Source: Candidatus Heimdallarchaeota archaeon
GTDB taxonomy: Archaea > Asgardarchaeota > Heimdallarchaeia > Hodarchaeales > Hodarchaeaceae
Assembly: GCA_019057635.1 (NCBI GenBank)
Contig: DXJL01000156.1
Span: 1-64,000, forward strand
Length of the DNA stretch: 64,000 nt
Direction: 5' to 3'
Shown here: piece after piece, positions 40,784 through 52,065 of the stretch
How the letters are laid out: each line of letters opens with the position of its first letter
How positions within the stretch are numbered: the first letter of the stretch is position 1
Made by a program: the position numbers and the translations under genes
Notes under the pieces: model-generated
Told to the model about the DNA's origin: nothing
The model's input: the letters and a program-made list of their open reading frames with translations, nothing else
The model's database searches: none

Positions 40784-41917
40784 ATGAAAAAACAAGTTGG
40801 AATTATGTTAATATTGTATTTCTTCATGCTTAGTGGTCAACCACTTACAGCAAATAATGCTACAATCAATGAACCCCTCCAAAAAATTGCCGTGATACTA
40901 GATTCACCCGAATTCTATCATTCTTCGTATACTGATGACGTTCTTAGGGGGTTTAGGTACATTAATCAGACATACCAGATTGATTTTGACGTATTTCAGC
41001 TCGAAAATTATACACGTAACAAGATAGCCCCATATGAAGTTACTTATACTTACAATGGATCAAGTACAAATCATACTCACCTTACTGAAACTCTGATACA
41101 GACTAATCAGTATGATTTGTTTGTACTTGTAGGATATGAATTAAGGAGAGCATTTAATGTTTCAGCTTATACTGAAACTAATTTCCTGTTTTATGATTTA
41201 GCGGGAGAGTTTCCAACTTTTACAGGTAGAAGTATTCCTGACAATCTATTTGTAGTGAGTTTTCAAGAAAATGAGACAGCCTTCATTGCTGGATCATTAA
41301 CAGTTGCAGAATTTTATCCTTTACCTCCTAAGATTGGAATAGTTGGTTCTTGGAAAGGAGACGCAAGGACTCGTCAATTGATTGCAGGGTTTCAAAGTGC
41401 TATATTTAGAAATACTACAGATATAGATATTTCGATATCTTACATCGATACATATATTGATCAAGAAAAAGTCCAGACTATTGGTTCTGAGTTTTCTAAT
41501 CAGAATATCGAACTAGTTTTTACCGCTCTTCAAGCTAATAACACCTTAACTATGCTAAACTCAGTTACAAGCGGAGATGTGGTTTGTGTGGATTTGAATC
41601 AATCCATGAGTGTGATGAAAAATAATACACGTGCGTTAACCGAAATTTTCAAATCTTTTAACGATACTCAAGGATTTTTCGGAGGTATCGCGGCCAGTTT
41701 TGGAATATCTGATGACATATTCTATGCTAATGGATGGTCTGATCCTTCGGTCGTCAATAAGACCATGGTTGAATTGTACGAGGAAGTTTTAGCTGGGGAC
41801 CTGATTATCCCAACCGATGTGAAGTACGCTTCAAATACTCCAAATATTTCTTTGTTAATGGTTATCTTGGTTATTTTACCAATCCTATCAACGAGAAAAA
41901 GAAGATCGAACCGATAA
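40784..41917 (+). CDS. BMP/PnrA-like substrate-binding protein with a C-terminal membrane anchor
   Basis: F.ENETAFIAG, KIGIVG, AGFQSA; signal peptide; P-x-TM-RKRR tail. Confidence 0.75.
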   Translation: MKKQVGIMLILYFFMLSGQPLTANNATINEPLQKIAVILDSPEFYHSSYTDDVLRGFRYINQTYQIDFDVFQLENYTRNKIAPYEVTYTYNGSSTNHTHLTETLIQTNQYDLFVLVGYELRRAFNVSAYTETNFLFYDLAGEFPTFTGRSIPDNLFVVSFQENETAFIAGSLTVAEFYPLPPKIGIVGSWKGDARTRQLIAGFQSAIFRNTTDIDISISYIDTYIDQEKVQTIGSEFSNQNIELVFTALQANNTLTMLNSVTSGDVVCVDLNQSMSVMKNNTRALTEIFKSFNDTQGFFGGIAASFGISDDIFYANGWSDPSVVNKTMVELYEEVLAGDLIIPTDVKYASNTPNISLLMVILVILPILSTRKRRSNR

Positions 41918-41942
41918 TCCGTAAGCAGGAGTAAAAAATTAA

Positions 41943-42740
41943 ATGAAAGAGGCGCTTTGTATCATTGGTGGATCTGGATTCTATGATTTTTTACCCTCTC
42001 CATCAGAAAAACTTGTGGAAACTCCATTTAGCTCAGAACCCGTAGGGATTTATTATTCCGAAGTTAAAAATAGAGATTTGTATTTTTTACCTCGTCATGG
42101 TAAGGGCCATTCGATTCCACCCCATCGTATTAATTTCAGAGCGAATATTTATGCCTTACATCACCTTTCAATCTCTAGAGTGCTATCGACAAGTGCAGTA
42201 GGTAGTGCCCAGACTGAAATCAAACCTGGAACTTATGTGCTCTTAGATCAATTTATTGATTTTATTCGTCCAATTACATTCTTTGAAGACGGTTTCAGTA
42301 TTAAATTTTCTGATGGACATGAATTATCAGGTGTTGTACATACCGATATGACTCAACCTTATTGTCCAGATCTACGTCACCATATTTCTGAAGTACTCTC
42401 ACAAATTCCTCATTCCCGACTTCATGGGACGTATTGTTGTGCGGCAGGTCCAAGATTTGAGACCCCTGCAGAAATAAAAGCTTTCCAATCCATGGGTGGA
42501 GATGTTGTTGGTATGACCAATTCCTCCGAAGCAATACTCTGTCGTGAACTGGGGATATGTTACAGTTCAATTGCTGTAGTAACCAACTTCGCTGCAGGAC
42601 TTCAGCAACAGGTGAATCATCAGGAAGTTATCGATTTATTTAACCAACGAGCGTCTGAGCTAAAGAATATTCTAAATGATGTAATAGAACTCATCCCCCC
42701 AAACAAAACGTGTTCATGCAGGAGTCATCTCTCTGAATAA
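41943..42740 (+). CDS. mtnP: Methylthioadenosine/methylthioinosine phosphorylase
   Basis: IIGGSG, RHG..H..PPH.INFRAN, GPRFETPAE, VVGMT. Confidence 0.9.
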   Translation: MKEALCIIGGSGFYDFLPSPSEKLVETPFSSEPVGIYYSEVKNRDLYFLPRHGKGHSIPPHRINFRANIYALHHLSISRVLSTSAVGSAQTEIKPGTYVLLDQFIDFIRPITFFEDGFSIKFSDGHELSGVVHTDMTQPYCPDLRHHISEVLSQIPHSRLHGTYCCAAGPRFETPAEIKAFQSMGGDVVGMTNSSEAILCRELGICYSSIAVVTNFAAGLQQQVNHQEVIDLFNQRASELKNILNDVIELIPPNKTCSCRSHLSE

Positions 42741-42900
42741 AATCAAGTCTGAAGTCGGAAAGTGATATTTTCGCTGTTTCACTTAGAGGTAAATCATTTT
42801 GGTAAGAATTACTTCATACTCTTCGTTGAGCTTCTCGAGATAAACATCACTACACTTAAGTAAAAATTCTATTATTGTATGTCCTAGTGAGTAATCCACA

Positions 42901-42931
42901 TTCCAGCAAGGAAAACTTGAAATTGCTGGAA
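42901..42931. promoter_or_regulatory. Perfect 9-bp inverted repeat upstream of metK
   Basis: TTCCAGCAA-N13-TTGCTGGAA, ending 17 nt before the ATG. Confidence 0.4.
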
Positions 42932-42948
42932 CATGGAAGGTTGATAAT

Positions 42949-44112
42949 ATGGTTCAAACAGAACATCTTTTTACTTCTGAATCAGTAACCGAAGGACATC
43001 CAGATAAAATGGCTGATGCAATATCGGATAGTATCCTTGATGCGATACTGATAAAAGACCCTGAGGCACATGTTGCATGCGAAACTTACCTTACAACTGG
43101 TATGGCGCTTGTTGGCGGTGAAATTTCAACTAATACATATGTAGACATTCAAAAAGTGGTTCGGCAAAAAATCAAAGAAATTGGTTACGTAAATTCAGAT
43201 ATGGGTTTTGATTATAAGAGCGTAGCAGTACTTAATGCTATTCATGAACAAAGTTCTGATATAGCCCAAGGAGTTAAACGGCCAACACCCGAAGAACAAG
43301 GAGCTGGAGATCAAGGAATGATGTTCGGATATGCGTGCTCAGAAACGGATTCTTTTATGCCCTTACCAATTACGCTTGCCCACAGCTTAACTAGTAGGCT
43401 GGCAGAAGTACGTAAGAATGGAAAACTTCATTGGTTACGACCCGATGGGAAATCTCAGGTAACGGTTCAATACAAAGGTGATGTGCCCTCTAAAGTTCTA
43501 TCTGTGGTCATTGCAGCACAGCATTCATCAGAAGTGACCCATTCGCAAATCAAAGAGGAGATCATTGAAAATGTTATCAATCCTGTTATACCATCGATGT
43601 ATCTAGCCGAAAATACTGAATTCTTTGTAAATGAAACAGGACGATTTGTAATTGGAGGTCCTCACGGCGATACTGGGCTTACTGGCAGAAAAATAATTGT
43701 AGATACTTATGGTGGTGTAGGTTCACATGGTGGTGGGTGTTTTTCTGGAAAAGATCCTTCTAAAGTTGATCGTTCAGGATCTTACGCTGCACGCTGGGCC
43801 GCAAAAAATGTTGTTGCTGCGGGATTAGCGAAAAAGTGTGAGATACAAATCGCATATGCGATAGGAGTTTCAAAACCATTATCCATTTATCTCGAGACAA
43901 AAAGAACTAATAAAATCCCAGAGAAAATTATTCTTGACCTTATCAAAACATATTTTGATTTCCGACCTGGAATGATCATTCAGAGGTTGAATCTCAAGCG
44001 TCCAATTTTTGCTAAAACAGCTGCTTATGGTCACTTTGGAAGAGAAGATCCTGATTTTACATGGGAAAAGACTGATATTGCTCCTATCTTAAAAGAAAAC
44101 GCTGGTCTTTGA
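42949..44112 (+). CDS. metK: Methionine adenosyltransferase, bacterial/eukaryotic type
   Basis: [43 protein letters not shown]. Confidence 0.97.
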   Translation: MVQTEHLFTSESVTEGHPDKMADAISDSILDAILIKDPEAHVACETYLTTGMALVGGEISTNTYVDIQKVVRQKIKEIGYVNSDMGFDYKSVAVLNAIHEQSSDIAQGVKRPTPEEQGAGDQGMMFGYACSETDSFMPLPITLAHSLTSRLAEVRKNGKLHWLRPDGKSQVTVQYKGDVPSKVLSVVIAAQHSSEVTHSQIKEEIIENVINPVIPSMYLAENTEFFVNETGRFVIGGPHGDTGLTGRKIIVDTYGGVGSHGGGCFSGKDPSKVDRSGSYAARWAAKNVVAAGLAKKCEIQIAYAIGVSKPLSIYLETKRTNKIPEKIILDLIKTYFDFRPGMIIQRLNLKRPIFAKTAAYGHFGREDPDFTWEKTDIAPILKENAGL

Positions 44113-44151
44113 TCTTCATAACGGATTTCATTTCAGAATCAATTAATGATC

Positions 44152-44754
44152 CTAAAGAATCTCTCTCTTCTCTCTCCATTTTGTATAGTTTCGTAAGCAG
44201 ATAGGACAACAAAAATAATGGCGTGTGTCTTTGATTTTTATAGTTTCATAATCTTCAGAGATTTTTTTCCCACAGTATTCGCATTTCAGATTAATAACCG
44301 TCCCATGTTGAGGGATGCGATGTGCTTTTGAAAAAACTTCTTTGATTAATATCTGAATACGGACTTGTTTAATTGATTGATGAGCTTGGAGATTCTAGAA
44401 GAGCATTTGAATCATGGTGATTGGTTGAAATTGTGTTATTATGAGGAGATTGTAGGTATATAAAACTTTATAAGATGATTTGATTTCGTCTAAGGATTGT
44501 AAATGGTCAACAAATGATTGAACATCGTCTTTCATAACCTGAAAATGTAGAATCGCTGAAAGATCTCCTGTTAATGTATGAGGATTCAAGTAAATTCCGA
44601 AATGATCAATGACGCCTATTTTAATTAACTTATCGATCCGAGCTTGAACAGTGGGAACAGTAAGCATCAGTTCCTCTGCTAGTTCGGAATACGTAGCACG
44701 TCCTTTCTCATATAGTCGATTCAAAATTGTTAAATAAGAAGAATCTAAATCTAT
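44152..44754 (-). pseudogene. Lrp/AsnC-HTH plus TRASH-domain copper regulator (CopR/CopT-like), interrupted by an in-frame TAG
   Basis: The frame continues past TAG 44395-44397 into CEYCG...HYFCCPIC and stops at 44152. The expected start position is ATA (44752-44754; xDLDSSYLTIL). Divergent from copA. Confidence 0.82.
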
Positions 44755-45123
44755 TAGGGAATTAGTTCACTTCATCTGAATAACTTGTTTTGTCTAGAAA
44801 GATCAATCGATAAGTAATTACTTAAAATATTAAAGCTCTACCTAAATTGACTACCTTTCTATTGGAAACGGGAATTTCCAAAAATGAATTTCCTCTTTTG
44901 TTTCAACGAAATTAACCCTTTTAACTTGTATCTTATTATAATCTGAATCCTTTAATTTTTAAGTGCATGATCCTATAAGCGAAATTTTGTAGAGGGTAAA
45001 ATAAGTGAAAAGAACAACTATAGGATTTTTTAGGATTTAGCCCCTAATCATTACTTTATTCGGACTAATTTACCTTTAAATCCACGTTCTTTAAAAATTA
45101 TGGTAAAATAAGGTGATAAAAAG

Positions 45124-47931
45124 ATGTCACAAATCCTTAAATGCGCAATTTGCGATTATACAGAACCTGTTCCAATGCATTGTAGACAATCCATGCATTT
45201 AGAATTAATTGATGGTAAAGAGCAATTAGTCTGCTGGATGGGTCCTTCTTGTGGTGTACAAGACATTCCAACTCATTGTGGAAAACCTATGACACTCGAG
45301 GAAGGAGATTCTCCTGAACGAGTCGATTCTCCTGAATTAGAAGATGGAGGAAAATCCTCTTCCTTTAAAGAAAAAGAAGATCCATTAAGTGGATCCTCTT
45401 CCTTGAAAAATGTTAATTTATCGATAACTGGTATGACTTGTGCCTCTTGTGTAGCTTCTGTAGAGAAAAAGTTAAGCAAAGTGAGTGGGGTACACAAGGT
45501 TAATGTAAACTTAATGACAGAAAAAGCCAATATAGTATTTGATCCCGAAAATGTTTCCATAAAGAAATTAATTACCGATGTGGAAAGCATTGGTTACGGA
45601 GCCGAGAATCTAGAGGTGAAGGCGGGAGCTGCAAATCAGCTTGATTTAAAAATTGAGGGTATGACTTGTGCAAGTTGTGTGAGCTCTATCGAAAAATCTC
45701 TTACAAATGTTGCTGGAGTAACAAATATTACAGTAAACTTAACAACAGAAAAAGCCCACGTAAAATTCGATCCTTCAGTCATCAGTGAAACTGAGGTAAT
45801 AAAGCGAATTGAAAACGTTGGATATGGGGCTACACCAATTATTTCAGATATGAGGACTGAAGATCGAGAAAAGTTAGCACGAGAACGGGAGTACAAACGT
45901 CAAAAAATGAAATTTTTTTCTGCGATAATTTTTACAATTCCTGTGTTTTTATACAGTCTTGGTTATGTGTTGGGTTTAAGAATACCCTTACTATTACCAG
46001 ACCCCTTTATTCTAGGTATTAATACGAGACAATTCGTAGTTATGTTATTCACTATGCCAGTTGTGTTTATTGCTGGCTGGCAATTTCATAGGGGTGCAAT
46101 AAAAGTACTTCGTCATCGTCAGTTCAATATGGATGTTCTCATCTTTATTGGGACTAATGCGGCATTTTGGTATTCCGTTGTATCATTGTTTATCCTAAAG
46201 GGCGAAGTTTTCTTTGAAACAGCAGCATTCTTGATCACATTTCTGCTCTTAGGGAAATTTTTAGAGGCTCGTGCAAAAGGTCAGACCTCACAGGCTATTC
46301 GGAAATTAATTGATCTGCAAGCGAAAGAAGCAACCGTATTGGTGGAGGGTCAAGAGACAAAAATTCCTATTGAAGATGTAACTGTAGGTATGGTAGTACT
46401 GGTTCGTCCAGGTGAGAAAATACCAGTTGATGGTTCCATCCTTGAAGGAAAATCTACAGTTGATGAATCAATGATCACTGGAGAATCTATGCCTGTTAAA
46501 AAATCTGTAGGTGACAAAGTCTTAGGTGCGACAATTAATAATAATGGCCTTTTGAAAGTACAGACAAGTAAAATTGGTGCGGATTCAGCGTTAGCTCAAA
46601 TTGTTAAACTAGTTGAGGATGCGCAAGCATCTAAAGCTCCAATTCAGCGACTTGCGGATATTGTCTCTGGCAGATTTGTCCCATCTGTAATATTAATCTC
46701 CCTAATTACCTTTTTAATATGGTTTAGTCTCTTTACATTTGGTATTCTACCTACATCACTGATTACTGATCTGAATATGAGCCCCTTTGTCTTTTCTTTA
46801 AAATTAATGATAGCAGTGCTAGTGATTGCCTGTCCTTGCGCTTTAGGATTAGCTACTCCAACTGCAATTATGGTTGGTACAGGAAAGGGGGCTGAGAAAG
46901 GAATTTTGATTAAAAATGCCGAATCATTAGAGGCTGCACAAAAAATCGACGCTTTAATATTTGATAAGACTGGCACCTTAACTAAAGGGAAACCTCGTGT
47001 AACAGATATAACTGTATTAAAAAAAGACTTGACTGAAGACGATGTATTAAAGTGGGTCGCCTCTGCCGAACGAGGTTCCGAGCATCCATTAGCTCAGGCA
47101 ATTTTAGAAACAGCTACTGAAAGAAAAATTTCATTATGGGAGCCTAAAGATTTTGAAGCAATTCCAGGTAAAGGAGTTCGTGTACGTGTCGATGGTACGA
47201 TTGTCACTGTAGGCAATAGAAAATTGCATGAAGTAGATGGTTTAATTACAGATTCTATAGAAGCTCTAATGCAAAAATTGGAGAGCCAGGCAAAGACAGT
47301 AGTATTGATTTCTCTAAACAAAGAGCTGATAGGCCTTTTGGGAATTTCAGATCCAATCAAAGAAACGAGTAAAATCACTATTCAACTTCTTAAGGAGATG
47401 GGAATTCAAACTTACATGGTTACTGGCGATAATAATCGTACAGCTGAAGCTATTGCAAGGGAGTTAGGTATTATTGAAGTATTTGCAGAAGTTCTTCCTC
47501 AAAATAAGGCTCAGATAGTTAAAAATTTACAACAAGAAGGTAAATTCGTGGGTATGGTGGGTGATGGGATTAATGACGCTCCTGCTTTAGCACAGGCTGA
47601 TGTAGGGTTTGCGATAGGAAGTGGTACCGACATTGCTATTGAAACTGGAGATATTGTCCTTATTAAGGAAGATCTTCGGGATGTAGTAGCAAGTATTCAA
47701 TTAAGTAGTAAAACTCTTTCAAAAATAAAGCAGAATCTCTTCTGGGCATTTATTTATAATGTTCTCGGCATTCCCTTAGCAGCAGGTGTTTTATTCCTTC
47801 CATTCGGCGTATTACTCGTTCCTGAGATAGCTGCTGCAGCAATGGCCTTCAGCTCGGTATCTGTAGTTTCAAATAGCCTCTTACTCCGATATTACTCTCC
47901 TAGTGCTCAGAATACTAAGATCCTCGCCTAG
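45124..47931 (+). CDS. copA: Cu(I)-exporting P1B-type ATPase
   Basis: Two GMTCASC HMA domains, TGES, CPC, DKTGT, SEHP, GDGIND, YN...MAFSS. Confidence 0.96.
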   Translation: MSQILKCAICDYTEPVPMHCRQSMHLELIDGKEQLVCWMGPSCGVQDIPTHCGKPMTLEEGDSPERVDSPELEDGGKSSSFKEKEDPLSGSSSLKNVNLSITGMTCASCVASVEKKLSKVSGVHKVNVNLMTEKANIVFDPENVSIKKLITDVESIGYGAENLEVKAGAANQLDLKIEGMTCASCVSSIEKSLTNVAGVTNITVNLTTEKAHVKFDPSVISETEVIKRIENVGYGATPIISDMRTEDREKLAREREYKRQKMKFFSAIIFTIPVFLYSLGYVLGLRIPLLLPDPFILGINTRQFVVMLFTMPVVFIAGWQFHRGAIKVLRHRQFNMDVLIFIGTNAAFWYSVVSLFILKGEVFFETAAFLITFLLLGKFLEARAKGQTSQAIRKLIDLQAKEATVLVEGQETKIPIEDVTVGMVVLVRPGEKIPVDGSILEGKSTVDESMITGESMPVKKSVGDKVLGATINNNGLLKVQTSKIGADSALAQIVKLVEDAQASKAPIQRLADIVSGRFVPSVILISLITFLIWFSLFTFGILPTSLITDLNMSPFVFSLKLMIAVLVIACPCALGLATPTAIMVGTGKGAEKGILIKNAESLEAAQKIDALIFDKTGTLTKGKPRVTDITVLKKDLTEDDVLKWVASAERGSEHPLAQAILETATERKISLWEPKDFEAIPGKGVRVRVDGTIVTVGNRKLHEVDGLITDSIEALMQKLESQAKTVVLISLNKELIGLLGISDPIKETSKITIQLLKEMGIQTYMVTGDNNRTAEAIARELGIIEVFAEVLPQNKAQIVKNLQQEGKFVGMVGDGINDAPALAQADVGFAIGSGTDIAIETGDIVLIKEDLRDVVASIQLSSKTLSKIKQNLFWAFIYNVLGIPLAAGVLFLPFGVLLVPEIAAAAMAFSSVSVVSNSLLLRYYSPSAQNTKILA

Positions 47932-47983
47932 GACATTAATTCTAATTTCTTTTCTTTCGACCAAATTCCTCAATCTGAGTAAA

Positions 47984-48012
47984 TTTCTCTAATTTTTCTG
48001 AAATTAGAGAAA
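47984..48012. terminator. Perfect 12-bp hairpin after copA (terminator or operator)
   Basis: TTTCTCTAATTT-TTCTG-AAATTAGAGAAA. Confidence 0.45.
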
Positions 48013-48150
48013 GACGATAGAAATTTAAACACCTAAGTCATAAAAACAACTACTTGAAAGGAGTGTGGAAAGTACCTTTCACTAGAACTTACTTCCATTC
48101 ATCCTCAAATCTAAACAAAAAACTACTTCTCCAATGCTTCGGAAACAGGG

Positions 48151-49170
48151 ATGAGTTGTCAAATGTACGAGTTGGCGCCAATTCGCAAATTATCTGAGGT
48201 AGATTATGCTCGAGCTGATACATTTGGCGATAGAGCATGTTCCCTCTCACGCTTAATGGCACGAGGGTATCACGTTCCTAAGGGTATTGTAATATCTACA
48301 AAGGTTTTCAAACGATATCTTAATACCGCTCCAGGGACGAAACGAATTGATCAGTTAATTGAGCAAGTTTCCCCTGCAACGATTAACGAAACTGCGCAAG
48401 AAATTCAGGATTTAATTAATTTTAGTCCTGTCCCAATGCAGATGGCAAATCAAATAGCTAATGCAATAACTTCACTTTTAGAAAATTCTCCTTCTCAGGC
48501 ATTAATTGTTCGGACTTCGGCTAATGTAGAAGGGTCATCGCGACATGTTTGTTCTGGAAGGGGAGTACATTTCAATATGAATGATATCAGCCAAATTATT
48601 CGTGTCGTAAAGAATTGTTGGGCATCAGCGTATACAGCTGATGTACTGAAAGATTTGATAAATGTGGGTCTTGCCCCTGATAGCGTTTGGGTGGCTGTTA
48701 TTGTCGAAAAAATGGTGCAGGCTAATATCAGTGGGATAATGTATATCGAAAAAGGTAATAAGGAAGAGAAAATCCACATTGAAGCCAATTGGGGAGCTCA
48801 AGTTCACCATTCTGAGGATGGAATTTTCCCTGACCATGTCATCATAGATCCATCCGAGACAAAAATTGGAGAACCTATCGAAACATTTAATGCGTACAAA
48901 GGAAAAATTTTTCAAATATCTCCCGAAAATCATCAATTGGAAATTATCGAAAACGATCCAGCGAAAAGAAATGTACTTTCGCTAGATCAAGCAAAAATTT
49001 CAACTCTAGCTCAATTAGCTAAAAAAATTCATGATGATTTTGAGGTAGGCTATATGATTGAGTTTGTATTTGATGAAACTGACACCTTGTGGTTATTGGA
49101 CGCTGTACCACTTTCGGTCCATAAGAATCTCCACAAAATAGGTCAATCCTCGGTGGTTAAAACGACCTAG
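48151..49170 (+). CDS. Stand-alone, divergent PEP synthase/PPDK N-terminal ATP-grasp domain
   Basis: FGDRACSL, VPKGIVI, IVRTSANVEG, AVIVEKMV, IEANWG, IEF, WLLDAVP align with the PpsA N-domain. Confidence 0.82.
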   Translation: MSCQMYELAPIRKLSEVDYARADTFGDRACSLSRLMARGYHVPKGIVISTKVFKRYLNTAPGTKRIDQLIEQVSPATINETAQEIQDLINFSPVPMQMANQIANAITSLLENSPSQALIVRTSANVEGSSRHVCSGRGVHFNMNDISQIIRVVKNCWASAYTADVLKDLINVGLAPDSVWVAVIVEKMVQANISGIMYIEKGNKEEKIHIEANWGAQVHHSEDGIFPDHVIIDPSETKIGEPIETFNAYKGKIFQISPENHQLEIIENDPAKRNVLSLDQAKISTLAQLAKKIHDDFEVGYMIEFVFDETDTLWLLDAVPLSVHKNLHKIGQSSVVKTT

Positions 49171-49182
49171 AATTAATTATCA

Positions 49183-50373
49183 TTATTCAAAGAACAAAAG
49201 CTCTAATGTTTCTTTCATAGGGGAGGAAAGACGGTAGTAAACTTCTCTACCTTCCTTGAAATAGGAAATGATTCCCGCTTTCAAAAGGGTCTGACATTGA
49301 TACGTTAAGGAAGAATCTTTAATTCCTGACCTCTCCTGGAGCTCTGATCGCTGAATTGAACCCTCTAAATAATCAAGAAAGATCATCTCCTCTAAAATTT
49401 CCTTCTTAGGAAGTGCGTTCTTTTTTATACGAGTTAAAGAACGGGTAAATGATGGAGAAATGGCTTTTAATGGATCTATTATAGGCCAGAACTCTCCTCC
49501 AGATTCATCTTTTTCTTCTTGAACGATTCGAGCATTATTATCGATAATGAGTCTTAGAGCTTTCTCGAAACTCAATCTGGATACTACACTTTGAAAATCA
49601 TCGAGAGTAATTTTTTGGACCTTGTTTCGATCAATAACTTTGAGGGGGATATTTCTAATTATCCAAAGAGCAAGTCCTGGAAGACCCAATGATAGAATAC
49701 CTGCATAGCGCAATATATTCATAGGTAGGAATTGTGTACTTTCAAGGAAATCCATCCTTTCCTTTAATATTTGGACGATTTCGGTATGACTAGGCTTTTT
49801 ATAATGGAAGAAGAGTGGTTTATGGTCAAATAATACTAACTCCTCACTTTTTGACCGTCTTCTTAACCAATGATCTTCAATTGAATTTAATAATGTCACA
49901 ATAACTATTTTATCATGGCTAGAGCGTCGGAGAAGATCCTGGAAGGAAGTAAATGATAAATCATCCCAAATTGGAAAGATATCATCCAAGAAGAATATCT
50001 GCGTCGAGGAAAAATCTGTCTCTTCCCACCACTCCCAAAATTTATGATCGTACTGAACATAACGAGAATAGTTAGGACCGACGATACTATTAATTTCCTG
50101 CGAAATAAAACGTGCAGCAGAAGATTTTCCGATTCTTCGTGGCCCCAAAAGTGTTAAGGAAAGGATTTCATTTGGTAAAGGCGTAGCATTTACCATTTGT
50201 CCAAGTAAATGGCTTAATCTCTGAATTTCAGAAGTATTGATATAACACTGAGGAAAAGAAATAGGGAAGTCATCCTGAAAAACATTATTAAGCATCTGAC
50301 TAAAATTTAATTGCTCACGCCAATGCCGCGAGTGTTTTTTACCTTCTAGAAATAATTTTCCAGGAGAATCCAA
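49183..50373 (-). CDS. P-loop (AAA+-like) ATPase with a C-terminal ArsR-type winged HTH
   Basis: Walker A GPRRIGKS, Walker B FFLDD, GLPG; C-terminal SSLTYQ...L...GII...KEGREVYYRL. Confidence 0.7.
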   Translation of the reverse strand: MDSPGKLFLEGKKHSRHWREQLNFSQMLNNVFQDDFPISFPQCYINTSEIQRLSHLLGQMVNATPLPNEILSLTLLGPRRIGKSSAARFISQEINSIVGPNYSRYVQYDHKFWEWWEETDFSSTQIFFLDDIFPIWDDLSFTSFQDLLRRSSHDKIVIVTLLNSIEDHWLRRRSKSEELVLFDHKPLFFHYKKPSHTEIVQILKERMDFLESTQFLPMNILRYAGILSLGLPGLALWIIRNIPLKVIDRNKVQKITLDDFQSVVSRLSFEKALRLIIDNNARIVQEEKDESGGEFWPIIDPLKAISPSFTRSLTRIKKNALPKKEILEEMIFLDYLEGSIQRSELQERSGIKDSSLTYQCQTLLKAGIISYFKEGREVYYRLSSPMKETLELLFFE

Positions 50374-50848
50374 CTAAGAAGCCTCTAGTGATGTAATATA
50401 TATTCGAACTATTTAAATTATTTGAATTTTCTTTGTATATTAGAAAAACCGACTTAAAATAGAAATATCTATTTAATTATTATGTTAATATTTATTTTAC
50501 ATCTACCGCACTTTATGAGAATCATGTCCTCAATATCCTAATTTATTATGATGATTGCACATTTCATTTGATTTAGTCCAGCTATAGTGTTATTCATTCA
50601 TTTCTTAATCCGAAATCTCATTTTACAGTCCTCTTACCAAATATAGTCTTATTCAACGAATATTGACAACAAATGGAGTAGCTGGAATTATCTAGGTAGG
50701 TAAAAGATAAGGTTATCGTTGGAAAAATGATTTTAGATCTTTTAACACTTATGTGGGGTCTTGACAATAGCAATAACTGATAAAAATAAGAAAAGATTTA
50801 CATCTAGATGGAATTTGTTTTTTCTAAACCATTTGTGAGTGATGTATA

Positions 50849-52030
50849 ATGGTAGCCCTATTGCTTGAAAGTGTGAATAAGGGTAGAAAATCTATTAAGG
50901 CCTTTTTACACGATTTAGGGTCTCTGAAATACATATTCTTTTTTCTAATTTCTCTCCACTTAGTTTTGGGGGTATTCTTCCTTCCATTATTCTCGAGTGA
51001 TTTTGAAAGGAACCTTTTTTATGGGGAAGCCTTTTGGAAACATGGTTTTCAGGTTTATGATATGACGCCACTCGAGATCGATCCTAATTACTCGATTGGT
51101 GATCCCACCTCGGGGATTCTATCATATCCAAATACAACTTTTGATTATCCAACTCTCCAGTTATTATTTTGGGTTGGAATTGCGGCCCTGCCCTTTCCTC
51201 AAATCACAGCGAAATGGATTTTGTCAATCTTTGATATATTTAATACGATCTTGATTTTTGAGCTATTGAAGCGGTTTTCGCCTAATGAAAATGGTAGTGA
51301 GAAATCTGAATTATTTGAAAAAGGATTTACTCTCTCCTATCTCTTATTTGCTATTCCCTTCTCTGCTATTGAAGGACAATCTACTTCTATTACCATTTTT
51401 TTCTTTTTAATTTCGATAGCATTGTATTCTCGTAATAATCAAGCGAGTTATTTGGCCGTTGGCCTTGGTTTCCACTGGAAATATGTAACATTGCTTATTC
51501 TTCCGTATTTACTTGTGAAGGATATCGGTTCGGTGAAAAAAATGTTGAGTGGCCTTGGTTATCTTGTTGGTTGTTTAATTTTATTGTCCTTCCCACTATT
51601 CTTTTCCCAGTTTATATTGTCATACTTTAGTTTTTTTGGGAACTTATCTCTATACTCTGGGCAAATCCCCTCTAATCCTTTGTTGATATCGAAATTGTAT
51701 ATATCATCGATTCTATCAACTGGAATGCTACTATTGGGTATTTTTATTTGGTTAAAACCAGTTTTAGAAAATAGAAAGATCTCATTCGATATCCAAGGAA
51801 TAATAGGTAGGGGATATTGGATTCCTTTACTCTTACTCCTTTTATTCTTAAAAATATATGCAACAGCATTTCCTTGGTACTGGATGTGGTTTTATGCGTT
51901 AATTGTCATTTTTCCAAGGAAAGACCGACGCTTATTTACTAAATTATTCGCGATTACGTTCGCGTTTGGTTTAGTCGACTTTGTAGATATGACTGTGGGG
52001 TTTGAGACTTTTTTCGGTTTTTTTTCTTAA
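50849..52030 (+). CDS. Multi-TM GT-C glycosyltransferase-like protein (GT87/PIG-M-like)
   Basis: SSDF loop, F.YP motif, EGQ, conserved K, FPWY.W; about 10 TM segments. Confidence 0.6.
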   Translation: MVALLLESVNKGRKSIKAFLHDLGSLKYIFFFLISLHLVLGVFFLPLFSSDFERNLFYGEAFWKHGFQVYDMTPLEIDPNYSIGDPTSGILSYPNTTFDYPTLQLLFWVGIAALPFPQITAKWILSIFDIFNTILIFELLKRFSPNENGSEKSELFEKGFTLSYLLFAIPFSAIEGQSTSITIFFFLISIALYSRNNQASYLAVGLGFHWKYVTLLILPYLLVKDIGSVKKMLSGLGYLVGCLILLSFPLFFSQFILSYFSFFGNLSLYSGQIPSNPLLISKLYISSILSTGMLLLGIFIWLKPVLENRKISFDIQGIIGRGYWIPLLLLLLFLKIYATAFPWYWMWFYALIVIFPRKDRRLFTKLFAITFAFGLVDFVDMTVGFETFFGFFS

Positions 52031-52065
52031 GTATGTAAACCTAGAGATCCTCTTACCTATTATTA

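Noticed and set aside
44244-44255. 12-nt match (TTTCATAATCTT) to the orphan omegaRNA guide region
   Set aside because: Short and AT-rich, it does not include the guide's first bases and has no adjacent CATG; compatible with chance.
44395-44397. Pyrrolysine/amber recoding as a genome-wide code
   Set aside because: TAG is a normal stop for atpK, copA and other genes here, no pyl genes are in the window, and the same gene also has a damaged start.
50374-50848. Replication origin next to a cdc6-like gene
   Set aside because: No repeated ORB-like boxes are visible, and the adjacent ATPase is not convincingly Orc1/Cdc6.
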